Source: Octopus sinensis
Lineage: Eukaryota
Direction: 5' to 3'
DNA length: 64,000 bases
Assembly: GCF_006345805.1 (NCBI RefSeq)
Contig: NC_043012.1
Coordinates: 20,584,001 to 20,648,000, forward strand
Made by a program: the position numbers and the translations under genes. Of this stretch, positions 26,874 through 39,859 are shown piece after piece (positions within the stretch are counted from its first letter, which is position 1; every line of letters starts with the position of its first letter). The notes under the pieces are model-generated. The model ran no database searches. It saw nothing but the letters and a program-made list of their open reading frames with translations, and was not told the DNA's origin.

Positions 26874-27948
26874 TAATTCAAATTGAGGGTAAAATTAATT
26901 AATTATTAATCAATTTCACCAAGTATTCAGTATGTAAAGGGACCATTATAGGCGAATCAAAATATTACTATATATATAAGGGCTTACTAAAATAAATTAC
27001 TTTGCCACATACTGAACTCATTAGAAATAGCAGCTAAAGAAATTTCTTCAGCTATTTCTAATACTAAAGAAGATCTCTCTCAGATAGTGTTTGCCTAAAC
27101 TAACTCACAAAAGTATGGGGGAAAAAACATTCAAAAATCAAGTGCAAAGGTTATTTGAGAACGTACGTTTCTAGATTAGTCAATCGACATTTTTCTTTCA
27201 GCTCAGAATTCTTGAATCGGATTTGGGAACATGAAAGTCGGGAGCATACCCTTCGGCTACTAATCACCTCTAGAATTCTGCTCGAACTAAAAGTGCTATC
27301 AAATTCGAATATGCAAGCGAAGAATTTCTGCTCTCCCCTTTCCACCAGCGTGGGTTAAAATTGACAAACACCATGTATTAACGGTGAAGACCGCAGAATT
27401 TAGCAGAGAGAGATGAATTATAATTTCAACAATTGAGGGTAAAATTAATTAATTATTAATCAATTCACCAAGTATTCAGTATGTAAAGGGACCATTATAG
27501 GCGAATTCAAAATATTACATTATATATAAGGGCTTAGTAAAATAAATTACTTTGCCACATACTGAACTCATTAGAAATAGCAGCTAAAGAAATTTCTTCA
27601 GCTATTTCTAATACTTAAAGAAGATCTCTCTCAGATAGTGTTTGCCTAAACTAACTCACAAAAGTATGGGGGAAAAACATTCAAAAATCAAGTGCAAAGG
27701 TTATTTGAGAACGTACGTTTCTAGATTAGTCAATTCGACATTTCTTTCTTCAGCTCAGAATTCCTTGAATCGGATTTGGGAACACTGAAAGTCGGGAGCA
27801 TACCCTTTCGGCTACTAATCACCTCTAGAATTCTGCTCTAACTAAAAGAGCTATCAAATTCGAATATTCAAGCGAAGAATTTCTGCTCTCCCCTTTCCAC
27901 CAGCGTGGGTTAAAATTGACAAACACCATGTATTAACGGTGAAGACCG
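26874..27948 (-). repeat. Direct tandem duplication of an about 550-bp PLE-like terminal module (26874-27393, 27421-27948)
   Basis: The two units are nearly identical, differing mainly by 1-nt indels; each has an HHR motif; (TA)n at both outer ends. Confidence 0.88.
27706..27757 (-). ncRNA. Minimal type I hammerhead ribozyme motif
   Basis: Minus strand: TGAG-CTGAAGA-aAGAaatGTCgaattGACtaaTCTa-GAAA-C GTAC G-TT-CTCA. The sister copy at 27156-27205 reads CTGAAAGA. Confidence 0.78.
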
Positions 27949-27974
<26 letters not shown>

Positions 27975-27980
<6 letters not shown>

Positions 27981-28400
27981 TAAAAAGAGTATAATTAATT
28001 AATTAATAATTCATAATTTTACCAAGTAGTTCGGTATGTTAAAAGAACCTTTATCGGTAACCTTATGCAAAAATTTTATAATTATAAGCATAATTATAAT
28101 TAGAGTTCAGCAAATTGCTTCACCACATACCGGAATTTTGAAATAGCAGTTAAATACTATTCCTCTACCATAAGATATCTCCTAGACACCAATAGTCTTA
28201 ATTCACGTAGGTTAAGAGTAAATGTAACTAATCCACCCGGCTTTGACCAATCACATACGCGTTTCTGGATTAAAGAGATGTAATTATTTTTTTTAATTTT
28301 TACTCTCTCATATCCGTCTTCAGTGTAGTATTTGAGTTGTAAATTTGAGAGTACTAACAATTAAATACGTATTCGACCAAACGACATCGAATAGCTAATA
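27975..28400 (-). mobile_element. PLE-like terminal module, diverged relative of the 26874 unit
   Basis: Colinear similarity (AATTAATTAATT...ACCAAGTA.TTC.GTATGT...CCACATAC.G.A...GAAATAGCAG); carries an HHR. Confidence 0.75.
28252..28327 (-). ncRNA. Minimal type I hammerhead ribozyme motif
   Basis: Minus strand: TACA-CTGAAGA-cGGAT...ATCCa-GAAA-CGCG-TA-TGTG. GAAACGCGT is the typical minimal PLE-HHR signature. Confidence 0.78.
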
Positions 28401-29484
28401 TCCAAAAACCAGCACTTCCGAATTTATACAGACGAGTGAGAACTCGCATTCTTCTCCAATCACCCACGTGTGTTACGAGTAATCCCGCAGAAACCTCTGT
28501 TTACTATCAGGGAGTGATAGCTCTTTTTTATTCGGGGCAAATGCTTACGGTGTTGGGAAGTGAAGGAACTCATGCTGTGCACGCTTTGTTACTGCTTGGA
28601 ACACATTTTCTGTCTACACTGAAAAGGCAGAAAGATGAGGTGCACTATAACGACAGTCATTCTACCAACACATGTAATTGAAACCGACATATGCACCGTG
28701 AATAAACGAAGAAAAAGGTTATACCCGTTTTTTTAACATTACACACGGCACAAGTTGCGCGTGTGTTTTATGTGCACCCACAGACTCACACACACATAAG
28801 CATGCATGCATTCATATATGGATGGATGCATGCATTCTGAAAAATAGTAATCTCTCTTACTTTTTCAGTCTTTGTTACTTATGATTATTTGACTTGTTCA
28901 GAACTTTCTCAATTTACTAGATAAAAATGAATGCAATTTCGACGTGAATGTCTCAAGCAACAGAATCCATACAGATTTCACATGTATTTACGAATAGGTT
29001 TAGGTTTAGATATACATAGCCTGAGGCTTCCATATTCACGCATTCAATAATCGTTTAGATTTGACAATTCAAGATCCTTCAGTTCCACAAGCAACATGCT
29101 TTACTAATACATGTCAACTGATCACATGTTCATATCTCAATGTAATCGCACATTATATATAAATATATATATATATATATATTTACAGACATGAAGATAT
29201 AGATATCATTTTTTTCTAAGCAGCCGCGTTGGGCAAATGTCGTCTGTTATAGTACCAAGCCGACCAATGCTTGATGAGTGAATTTGTTGGAAGTCCAAAA
29301 TATATATGCTTGTGTGTGTGTGTGTTTGTGTGTGTTCCTATGTGTGCGTCTGCGTACGCTCGTAATTGACTTAATATATGTCAACCAACAGCACTTCACA
29401 CCAGATGTTGGTTTCTTCATGTGTTTGCGGTACTGGAGTTGATTTGGTCGGTAAAATTTTCCATAGCGGTGCCTCACTTCTGTA

Positions 29485-29822
29485 ACTCTTTACTCTTTAC
29501 TCTTTTACTTGTTTCAGTCATTTGACTGCGGCCATGCTGGAGCACCGCCTGTAGTCAAGCAATTCGACCCTGGGACTTATTCTTTGTAAGCCCAGTACTT
29601 ATTCTATCGGTCTCTTTTGCCGAACCGCTGGGTAACGGGGACGTAAACACACCAGCATCGGTTGTCAAGCGATGTTGGGGGGGGGGGACAAACACAGACA
29701 CACAAACACATATATATACATATATACATATATACATATATACGACAGGCTTCTTTCAGTTTCCGTCTACCAAATCCACTCAAAAGGCATTGGTCGGCCC
29801 GGGGCTATAGTAGAAGACACTT
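29485..29822 (-). mobile_element. SINE family A, 5'-truncated
   Basis: Reverse complement of the family A body and tail; lacks the tRNA head. Confidence 0.9.
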
Positions 29823-29846
29823 GAATGTAAGTATAATATAAAAGAT

Positions 29847-29881
<35 letters not shown>

Positions 29882-29983
29882 TACATACATATATATAGAT
29901 GCATATATATATATACGTATATATGTGTGTGTCTGCTTGTGTGCCTCTGTGTATACGCATATACATACGTATATATTTGTGTA

Positions 29984-30015
<32 letters not shown>

Positions 30016-30076
30016 CATGCATATATTATTCATGTATGTTAGTCTGAATGCATACACACATGGACTTACACACACA

Positions 30077-30145
<69 letters not shown>

Positions 30146-30814
30146 TTATATATATATGTGTATGTTTGCATGTATGTATGTATATGCATATTATTTATAA
30201 TACATACTCAGGTACACTCCCACTTACCCTCTAACAACGCACAGGAATGTATACCTGTAAATATATGAGTTTGTTGTTTCATTATATTCATATTTACAAC
30301 ATTCTTTAGATAAGCACAAAAAGACTCGAAACTTCTTTACAAAGATGAAATATATAATGCGTTTCTTAACGTAATTGTTGAAGTGTTTATAATCATGAAC
30401 AGTATTATGTCACAATACATTGATTCTATTGAAATTCTATTCTTTAATCATATAATTAAATTCAGCTTAAGGTATCGCGATCGTTTCTTATTTCAAAACC
30501 AGTTATTTTAATCTTACGAAAAAATATAATAAACGTGCGCGCGCATGTGTGCCTGTGTGCCTGTATGTGCGCCATTGTGTAATGTAAGTATAACGCTGTG
30601 CGTATGTCTAGAAATATGTGTATATCTATAGAGTTTGTGTGTGTGTGTGCGTGCGTATATATTTGTTCAGGTACATAAAATGGATACATGTATATAAGTA
30701 TCTGTGTATACATATATGTATGTGTATATATATATGTAAACATATATATATGTATGTATGAATGTATGTATATATATATATATATTATATATATATATAT
30801 ATATATAATATATA

Positions 30815-30873
<59 letters not shown>

Positions 30874-31480
30874 TATATATATAGAGAGAGATAGTGAAAG
30901 AGAGGGAGAGAGATATGTGTCAGTAATAGTGACACAAATCAGCCAAAAATACGCGAAATCAGATTAGTAGACAGCATGACATAAACGATCACACATTCTT
31001 ATGTCTACCTGAATGTGTGTGTATGTGGTTGTGTGTGTGGTGTATGTGTGTGTGTGTGTTTATTTATGTGTGTGTGGTGTGTGCGTGCGTGTGCGTCTGT
31101 GTGTGTCTGTGAGTTTGCCTTTGTATCTATAATGCATATATTCTTGAGAACCATTATCTAAATGAACATCTTTCCACGCTATTATGTCTTATGTGTTATC
31201 ATTGCTTATATAGCTTTCTTTTCATTTTGAAAATATTTATAGATTCGGTTAAGTTCTCTTCGCCAGTGTCTAGCTGCTCGTTCAGGCCATGGGCAATTCT
31301 GTTCTACAACAGCTTCAGACCAACCGTAATTAGTGAGTGTATTTGTTAGACGGAAAAGAAGAGCAGCCTCACCACTGTTTTTGTGCATTTTATATACACC
31401 TCACTTGGATTTTACCAATCATGAAGTTGCACCCGCTATGAAACATATGTAGCCCGAATGTCCCATTCTCCATTCCGTAA

Positions 31481-33203
31481 CTCTTGTGAAAGATGCGGGA
31501 AAAGGTTGAGTGAACATTTGTAAGAAATAAAAGATGTTTTTTTTTGTGTGTGTGTGAAATTGGTACAGAGGGTAAGAAGGTGTTTGGGGGATGGGAAGAA
31601 AGGATATAAATAGAAATTTGTTGAAATGGAGTGAGAATGTACAAATGAGATGGACAGAGTATTTTTAGTGAGATGTTAAATGTGGAAGATTGTAGGGAGG
31701 CAAGTATAGTGGCTGTAGGAGGAGAGAAGTGAATGCTTGTTGTTGGAAAATGGAAGTACACTGCAATTGGAGGCGGGAAGGTGAGGGAATCTTTGCGGTT
31801 GATGACAAACCGGAAGGCGCCAGATATAAATGGGTGTACAGTGGAATGCCTAAAGAAAGGAGGGGTGATAGTGAAGCATATATTTGTTATATGGTTGAAA
31901 GAGTGCTAAAAGACTGGTGCAGTGCCTGTATAATGCCACTGTACAATGGGAAACGGAATAAACGTGAGTGAAGAAATTTTACGGGTATAAATCTGTTGTG
32001 TGGTAAATTGTATGGGAGAATTTTGATTGTAAGGGTGAGGAACCAGACAGAGTCTACTAGAGTAGGAGCAATGTGGTTTTAGGAGGGAAGAAATATTTGT
32101 AGTAAGGCAGATGTGTGAGAAGGTTTTAGCAAAAACGAGGGATGTGTATTGGGCCTTTATGATCTTAAAGAGGGCATATGACCGTGTGGGTGGGGATGCA
32201 TTGTAGCAGGTGTTGCGGTTATATGGAGTAGATGGTAGATTGTTGGGAGCTGTTCAGAGCTTTTATAGAGAAAGTAGGGCGTGCGTTAGTAGGGTGGGTG
32301 GTGAAGTGATTGAGTGGTCTGGTATGAATGTGGGGTTAAGACAAGTTTGTTTGATGTCTCCATGGCCGTTTCGTTTATATATGTATGGTGTGGTGGGAGC
32401 CCAAATGGTGGGAGAAAATGGAGAGAAATGACAGGTGAGTTAGTTGTTTGCTGATGTTACAGCACTGGTGGCGGCTTGGGAAGAGCAACTGAGGATACCG
32501 GTTGTAGAGTTTGGTATAGGGTGTGAGAGGAAGAAACTGGAACTGAATGTAGCTAAGAATAAGGTGATGAGATGTTTGACAGATGGAATGGTTGGTAGAA
32601 AGGATGTGAGTATAAATTGTAAGATGTTAGAGGAGGTGAGTGTTTTTAAGCAGCTAGGGTCCCATGTGACGGCGGATGGGGGTGGCTTAGGAGGTGTGAT
32701 ACAGAGTGAGGGAGGGGAGTAAGATACTGGGAGTTGTGAAATGCGTGCTGAGAGATAAAAGGTTGAGTATGATAGCGAAAAGAGGTCCATATGTGGGCAT
32801 GATTGTACTGACAATCTTATATGGTGCAGAGACATAGGGGATGAGAGAGGCGGAAAGGAGGCGACAAGATGTGTTTCAGATGAGATGTTTAAGGGCTATG
32901 GCTGGTGTGACACGGATGGACAGGATGAGGAAAGAAGAGGTGCCAAGGCGAGGAAGAATGAAAGGAAAGCTAACAACCAAAATGGATAGACGAATGTTGA
33001 GGTGGTTTGGCCACGTGGAGAGTATGGATGAGGAGCGGATGGTAAGGAGGGTGATGAAGGGAGGAGTGGTAGGCAGCAGAACTCGGTTTGTGTGGATGGA
33101 TGGAGCGAGGAAAGCGTTAGTGGTTAGCGGTGTCGGAGTGAGAGAGGTGAGAGAGTTTATAAATGATAGGAAAACTTGGAGAGTGTTTGTGGACGGATGA
33201 GTG
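31481..33203 (+). mobile_element. RTE-clade LINE, 5'-truncated RT pseudogene
   Basis: DWCSACIMPLYNGK, EQCGFR, DLKRAYDRV, VGLRQVCLMSPWPF, LFADVTAL, LNVAKNKVM, YGAET, RCLRAMAGVTRMDRMR, LRWFGHVESMDEERMV, WMDG; ends in a TA/TACA tract. Confidence 0.9.
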
Positions 33204-33248
33204 AATTAGATGTTGGTCAAATATATGTATGAATATATATATTATATG

Positions 33249-33288
<40 letters not shown>

Positions 33289-33977
33289 CATGCATGCATG
33301 CATACATACATACGTAAATACATACATACATACATACATACATACATTCATACATACATCCATTCATACACACACACACATACATACATGGACGAAACAC
33401 TCGATGGGAGTGAATGAGATCAGTTCCTCCTGGAAACGAGCTTCATTCACTTTGGTGAGTAGATAAGAAGCACTTTCTTCTAAGTGTTACCAACACATTA
33501 GACGCATTGATATATATATGTTTGTGTGTGTATGTGTGTTGTTTATTAGTAGATTAATTTTGAACGAGCAAACCAGCTACGAAAGCTATGACAGGCGCAT
33601 AGATTATCAGGGCATAATGTTCCCCAGAGTCAAACCATTTACTAGTCTCTATTCTAACATATATGTTGCGATGTATGTGGTACTTGTATAAGTTTAATAT
33701 GTATAGACGGATGCTCTTATTGGTTTGAAAGCCGTCAAAATAGGTGTAGGACGGAAAAAAGAAATACCCAATGATTTTTATGGATTCAACTGTTCAACGG
33801 AGGACGTACAAATAAAACGTGTATTCTTGTAACTATGTTTACTGCACCACATGAAATAATTATCAAAGCAAAATTTCTAATGTATGGACTAAACTGTTTG
33901 AAATAATGAAGTAAGAGAAAGGCATCATTATTTATTTATTTGCATTGTTATAATATTTAGCTGTTGTCAAGTGACGA

Positions 33978-34400
33978 CTAGGCGGAATCATTAGTACGCC
34001 GGTGGGAATATTTAGCGGCATTTTGTCCATTATGAGTTCAAATTCTGCCTCTTTGTCCTTTTGGGGTCCGTAAAATATGGAACAGTGGTGTCGAATCAAT
34101 CGACTTAACCCGACACCAGAAATTAGTAGAATTGTGCAAAAAAGTTTGTAATTAGTATTAAGCTGTTGTAATGTGGTCGGGTGACAGAATCGTTACCACG
34201 CCGGACAAATGCTTAAATGCTTAGCGGCGTTTCGTGCATCTTTACGTTCTGATTTCAAATTCCGCCGAGGTCGACTTTGCCTTTCAACCTTGCAAGGTCG
34301 ATATAATATGTACCAGTTTACTACTAGGGACGATTTAATCGACTTACCCACTGCCTCTGAAATTTCTGGCCTTATGTCAAAATTTGTGACAAATATTTAG
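33978..34400 (+). mobile_element. Two decayed family B SINE copies
   Basis: GAGTTCAAATTC and TTCAAATTCCGCCGAGGTCGACTTTGCCTTTCA cores with degenerate tails. Confidence 0.7.
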
Positions 34401-36189
34401 CTGTTATGTCTAACTAAATTTTTATCAACATAAGTATATTAATATGTCTTTCAAAAACGGAATGCTTTCCTGAGTACTCTAATGTGATCTAGAGTAGTAA
34501 GTATAGTAAGAAAATTTTATCTTTTGTCTGTACTTTTGGTCTGATAATTAACACAGGGGTGCCAGAAATAAAATACGTGATTAAAAATCAAATTTAATTC
34601 CTGCTCATAAATTCCGGCTTCATGTAAGAGCCCTCAACTTCTTGATCCAAGATGCCTCAGCCAAAATCAATCTATTTTCATGAAACCACATTAAAAAATA
34701 TTTCCTTTCTATTATAATTCGGCTTCTTTTCCTACTAAGTTGAACTGCTGCTTGCAGTCGTCCTCCAGTGTCGTTTTTCTTGTGTTTATGGATAGTAAAC
34801 TTCATTCCTCATTGCCTTAATATAGTTAGCAGTTCCGAAATATCTTCTACATTGCAGAGAATACCACATTTGGTAGATTTAATGAAGATAAACTATTAAG
34901 CCGGAGAAACCTCATAAAAATCGTTTGTTATTTAGGTGTTGAATTTCTTTGACATACAGATTATTTCCACTGTACATTCATAACACTTAAGTATTTACCA
35001 TCCGAGGAAGAATTCATTATCGCACTTTTTTCGCGATAATTGTTAATGATACAGCAATCGCATAATCCGACAAAAGTAAATCTTATACTCTGTTACGAAG
35101 AATCCAATTTCCAGAATGGCTCTGATTTTCCCTAAGAATATAATTTTCTAATTATATTTCCAATCTAATATAACAGCTTATCTTTATACGACAAGAAGCA
35201 TATATATGTCGAATCTGAAGCCACGCACATTCATAATTAGTAACATGTGAATTTCTTAACAGAGATGCATTGAGGATTCTACATAGACGATGTAGCTTTA
35301 CTGAATATGAGACAGAAATCTATCGGAAGCTGAAATGTCATTAATGTTTGGCTACATGTGACAGGTAGATAATAGGAATTAGTGTCTTGACAAACATAGG
35401 TGGCAAATTTCATTACTATAATAGGCGAATAATTGACACCTCTTGCAGCTGAAACAGTGGCTGCAACGCTGAATGCACGAACCAATAGTTACATTGTCCG
35501 TTCATACAAACGTTGTATTCTCCAGCGATATATTTGTTGAAAAATAAGACACTCGATGACTACCCCGGAATGGAGTCAATATTTTACGTTTTACACTATT
35601 TCGAGAACCTGGAAAGGTTATGCAATCCGTTTCTCTTTCCATAGTAGATGAAAATTATAACCATTTGAAAGTCGGTAGCATTTCAGAAGACAGAGATTTT
35701 GGTGGCATTTCTAGAATATCTAGATATAGTAGAACTGTTTGAGACAAACAGGGAAGCCTCCAGGGGTGCTATATCTAGAAAATATGAAACGGAATTAGAA
35801 AAGACGAACCTCTATTTAAACTGGTAAAACCGGAACAAGCGAGAAATCGCTAACCAGACTTAGGACAACGTCGTGAACAAGGCCAGTGTGATTCTTGGGA
35901 AGAATTCTTGGTTAGGCGGAAGCTAGAGTAGAAATAATTTTTGTCTTGCTACGACCAGCCTACAACCCACTTCCGAGTCCGAAAAATTAAAAGTTTTGGA
36001 AAGTGAAGTGCAAGTGGAAAGTGTAGATGCAAAAACAACGCATATTTAAATTGGCCACTTGATCCTCAGCTCAGGGAGATGTGTGTCATAGCCATATGCT
36101 TAAAGGAAATTGTATCTTATTGAAAATTTGCTAAACTATACGCTTAGATTACAAAGGTAAAAATAAAAATAAAATCACTTTTTCATAAC

Positions 36190-36520
36190 TACAGTTCTAT
36201 ATTTAAGAGATGAGGATGTATGTCCACTATTTACATTATTTACATTTGACGGATATTTGTCCATGGGCATATGGCGTAGTGATTAAGAGCTCGGGCTACT
36301 AACCCCAAGATTCGGAGTTCGATTCTGGCAGTGACCTGAATAATAACAATAATAATAATAATAATATAGAAAAATATCTTAGGAATGAGAACCCAGATTC
36401 GAAATTTCCCCAAGACACCTGATGATGGGTGGAGGGTATATCAGCTGAGACATTGTGTTAACAACAAACAAGAGGAGAACAATTATCCTTCAAAGTAAAT
36501 AATATAAATAATATAAATAA
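36190..36520 (+). mobile_element. tRNA-headed short element with hammerhead-like motif and inverted copy of its own 3' end
   Basis: tRNA-like head 36265-36339 (TGGCGTAGTGA A box, GAGTTCGATTC B box), (AAT)n linker, GACAC-CTGATGA-tGGgTG...CAgCT-GAGA-CA-TT-GTGTT at 36414-36459. 36228-36262 is reverse-complementary to about 36476-36510. Confidence 0.7.
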
Positions 36521-36856
36521 TATACTTTTTATAACTTAAAAAATTTACAAATGACTCTTTCTTCATTTTAAATTAATTCGGAGTTTTTTTTTTATTCAGA
36601 TATTTTTTTACATCAGTAAACGTTACATTGTTCACCTGTAACTTTTTCAGGATCAGATGTACCTCAAGCTTCAGAAGTGTCGTTTGATCTCTCATTAGAG
36701 CTCTCCTTTATTTTCTATATTTTCTTGTGAAAATACCAAAGAAATGTTTCAACTCAGTTTGTAGTTTACATATATTTTTAAATTCTGTAAATTTTGAAAT
36801 AGCAGTCGAGTACATGTTTCAAAGATGCGCGATTGATAATAATAGCTCGTAAAAGA

Positions 36857-37022
36857 ACTCTGAGTTCAAATTCCGCCGAGGTCGACTTTACCTTTCATCC
36901 TTTCGGGGTCGATTAAATAAGTACCAGTTACGCATTGGGATCAATATAATCGACTTAATCCGTTTGTCTGTCCTTGTTTGTCCTCTCTGTGTTTAGCCCC
37001 TTGTGAGTAGTAAAGAAATAGG
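36857..37022 (+). mobile_element. SINE family B, 5'-truncated; decayed opposite-strand copy at about 37103-37268
   Basis: Near-identical to 11848-12011. Confidence 0.88.
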
Positions 37023-39859
37023 ACATTATCCACAATTCCTGGTTCTATCGAACAGGAGCTCGATGGGTGTTATAATTCAGTTAAACTTTTATTCAAAACA
37101 TTGACAGGAGGCTAGCAATTACATCGACCCCTGTGCACAACGGGTACTTATTTCATAGACCACGAAAGGAGGATAAGTAAAAGTCGTTCTCAGCGTAATT
37201 CGAAATCAGAACGTAACAAGGGACGAAATGCCGCTAAGCATTTGGACCAGAACGCTAACAATTCTGTCTTAGGCTTTGTCAAAACATTTGTATTTGTGCT
37301 GAGGATAGAAATGAATTTATATTGAGTTCCTTTCTGTCACAAATTGCTGATAAATATATTGCAATGAATAGATATCTCATCACATTTTCAATATGCATGA
37401 TATATTACAAGAACTATATTAGTCGTAGATAACCCGACGACAAGAGCTTCTCAAAACAATTTCAGTTGTTGTAGACACCAACCCGTTTTTATTTATGTTA
37501 TTATGATTTTTACAATATTCATAGATGACAATATGGTTCTTCAAAAGGATTTATCACCCGTTGATTTCTGACCCACAAAAAAAGAAGGAAATGACTGCAC
37601 TGTAGAATACAATTACGTTTTTTGAAACGTTATTGTTTGAAATTGACTTGTTTCAAATGAAGCTATGCATAGAGAAAAAAAACAAACGTTGTCAAACATT
37701 AAAATGAAATAATCAATCACAAAGGATATATTTGATTATATTATTTCTAATGACAGATGTCAACTCGTCTTCGCATTTACAGCGGTATACATTGTCATAG
37801 AGACAGAAGTATATGAAGTGATAGATGTACTGGTATGGTTCTTACATACACATACTCATACATTCATATATATTATGGGTGAATCTAAAGGTATATGTAT
37901 GTGTACATTTTGTGTATGGGTGTATGAATTTATGTGCATATGTGTCTATGTGTGTACGTGTACGTATGTATTTGTATATATGTATATACGTATGTATCAG
38001 GAGATTTATAGGAAAAGAATGCAACAATTAAATGGTATTTGTATGTGTATCTATGTATGTATGTACGAATGTATGTATTAAGAGATTTTTATACAGACAA
38101 TGCAACTATTAAACGCTACGTATAAACACTACTACACACACAAATGAATATTTATACAACTAAATTTAAGTGCTAGCCTTCTGTTTACTGTATATTTCCA
38201 AAACATTGTGTATTATCAACGAATGATTTCAATAGAACAAACGTCAACTCACGCCAGATTATAATCTTTATAGATGTTTGTCCATGAAACTTAATCTGTA
38301 AATTAGTTTAACATTGCAGCCAAAGAAAATGGACTCTTGGTTATTTGCAATTATCTCAAAGGGATAAGTAGCACTGAATCACTTCTACTCGTCAGTGAAG
38401 CCTACAAGCAGATAAAATTTCGACACACATAAATTACGAAAGTTCTCACGTCTTAAATGTCTGATAAACATCTATGATGAAGTGTGCTGTACTTGGTGTG
38501 TTATGTAAAGCTCTGAAACATGTAATCTACATATTACTCGGACGTGTAGATATTGCTTGCAAATATGAATGATTTTAAAGATGTAAAAAATCCCTTACAA
38601 CACCATGAAATCTCTCGTACGGTGTCGGATTTTGTCAGCACGCAGTTTTCAGTGAGATAAAGTAGTGTTTGTCAATAATAAATAATATCAAAGGGAAGTT
38701 TGATGGAGAGAGATTTATAGCTTGTAATAAATGTGAACGATATTAGAGGAAGTTTGACTACTGACGGATTGTGTGCCCAACCGTCGTTGGAGAAAGTCTG
38801 AATAATAGCAAGGAGATACAGTGATGAAACGGGGAGATACAATAGAACAAAGAGTAGCGTAAGAAGGAGTGTGATATATGTAAATCTAACAAGAACATAA
38901 CAGATGTAAAAACGCCAAATATACATCCTTCCAGTTTTACCTCCATTTTGCCACATAATTACAACCATCCATACACATGGCAGACACGACTGTGCCATTA
39001 CAGTTTTCTGTCTTGCTCTTCACATCCGTTTCCTCATATACGTTTTGTTCATATTACTTTAATTCTCTCTCCAGGACAGAATATTTCACATCTGCTTCAT
39101 AATACACACTTCATTTATTTACATCCTTTGCGAATTCTTCGCTCTCCAGACCCACGTCATGCAGCATTGTGCTTCTCACAGTCTGTATTTTCACTGACAC
39201 GGAAACTTTTGTAATTATCAGAAGGAAATAGCTTGCTGAACTTCTGTAGACCACACGTACACTAACGGTTACACATTCGTAACACGCAACACCGCTTCTA
39301 TTTACGTCTCCGAGAAAACAAAATAATTCTGAACTGTTTCTGGAGACACTTCGAGCTCTTCGAAAGAATATCATTTACATAAACACTCAATGCTAACTGC
39401 AACTCTATTCCAGACACCATCAATCTGCCAACGGCCTGTTTCTTGATCGGAGCAGAGAGTCCGAAAATATCCCGGCAGAACCAACACCAACAACAATACG
39501 AATACGTGACAAAGAATCCGAAGGAGTTCCTTTATAAATCACGCTCGTATCCCTGCATGATCGCTACCACATGGCTGAAAAACATGAAAGAAACTGAATG
39601 AGAAAAAGAGACTTAAAGAAAGATTTTCTTACAAATTAACTAATTGTTTTAGAAAAAATAACAGAAAATCCTGTTCCTTTGAGAAAGAAGTTTTCGTATT
39701 GTTCTGGGCAAATCCATATAGGGGAAGTGAGTTTTCATTAATTCCTTTTTTCGGTAATGGGAGTGACTACTTCTGATTTCATTTTGGATCTAGAATTCTT
39801 ATTAAGTATTCTTCATTTGCATTCCCTAATTGATTACTTTTCTCTTTCATTTAGTAAAA

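Noticed and set aside
27022-27060. Hairpin TAGAAATAGC...GCTATTTCTA containing CTGAAGA on the minus strand
   Set aside because: A real hairpin, but no correctly placed GAAA or stem III, so not counted as a hammerhead.
26874-27948. CRISPR-like array
   Set aside because: Eukaryotic context; long whole-unit duplications without unique spacers, and no cas genes.
34560-35600. Possible BEL/Pao pol remnant on the minus strand (GGRL, SDST, RNRV fragments)
   Set aside because: Motifs too short and scattered to call.
36265-36339. Genuine tRNA gene (likewise 5337-5410)
   Set aside because: Imperfect stems, no oligo-T terminator, and continuation into a repeat body; treated as SINE heads.
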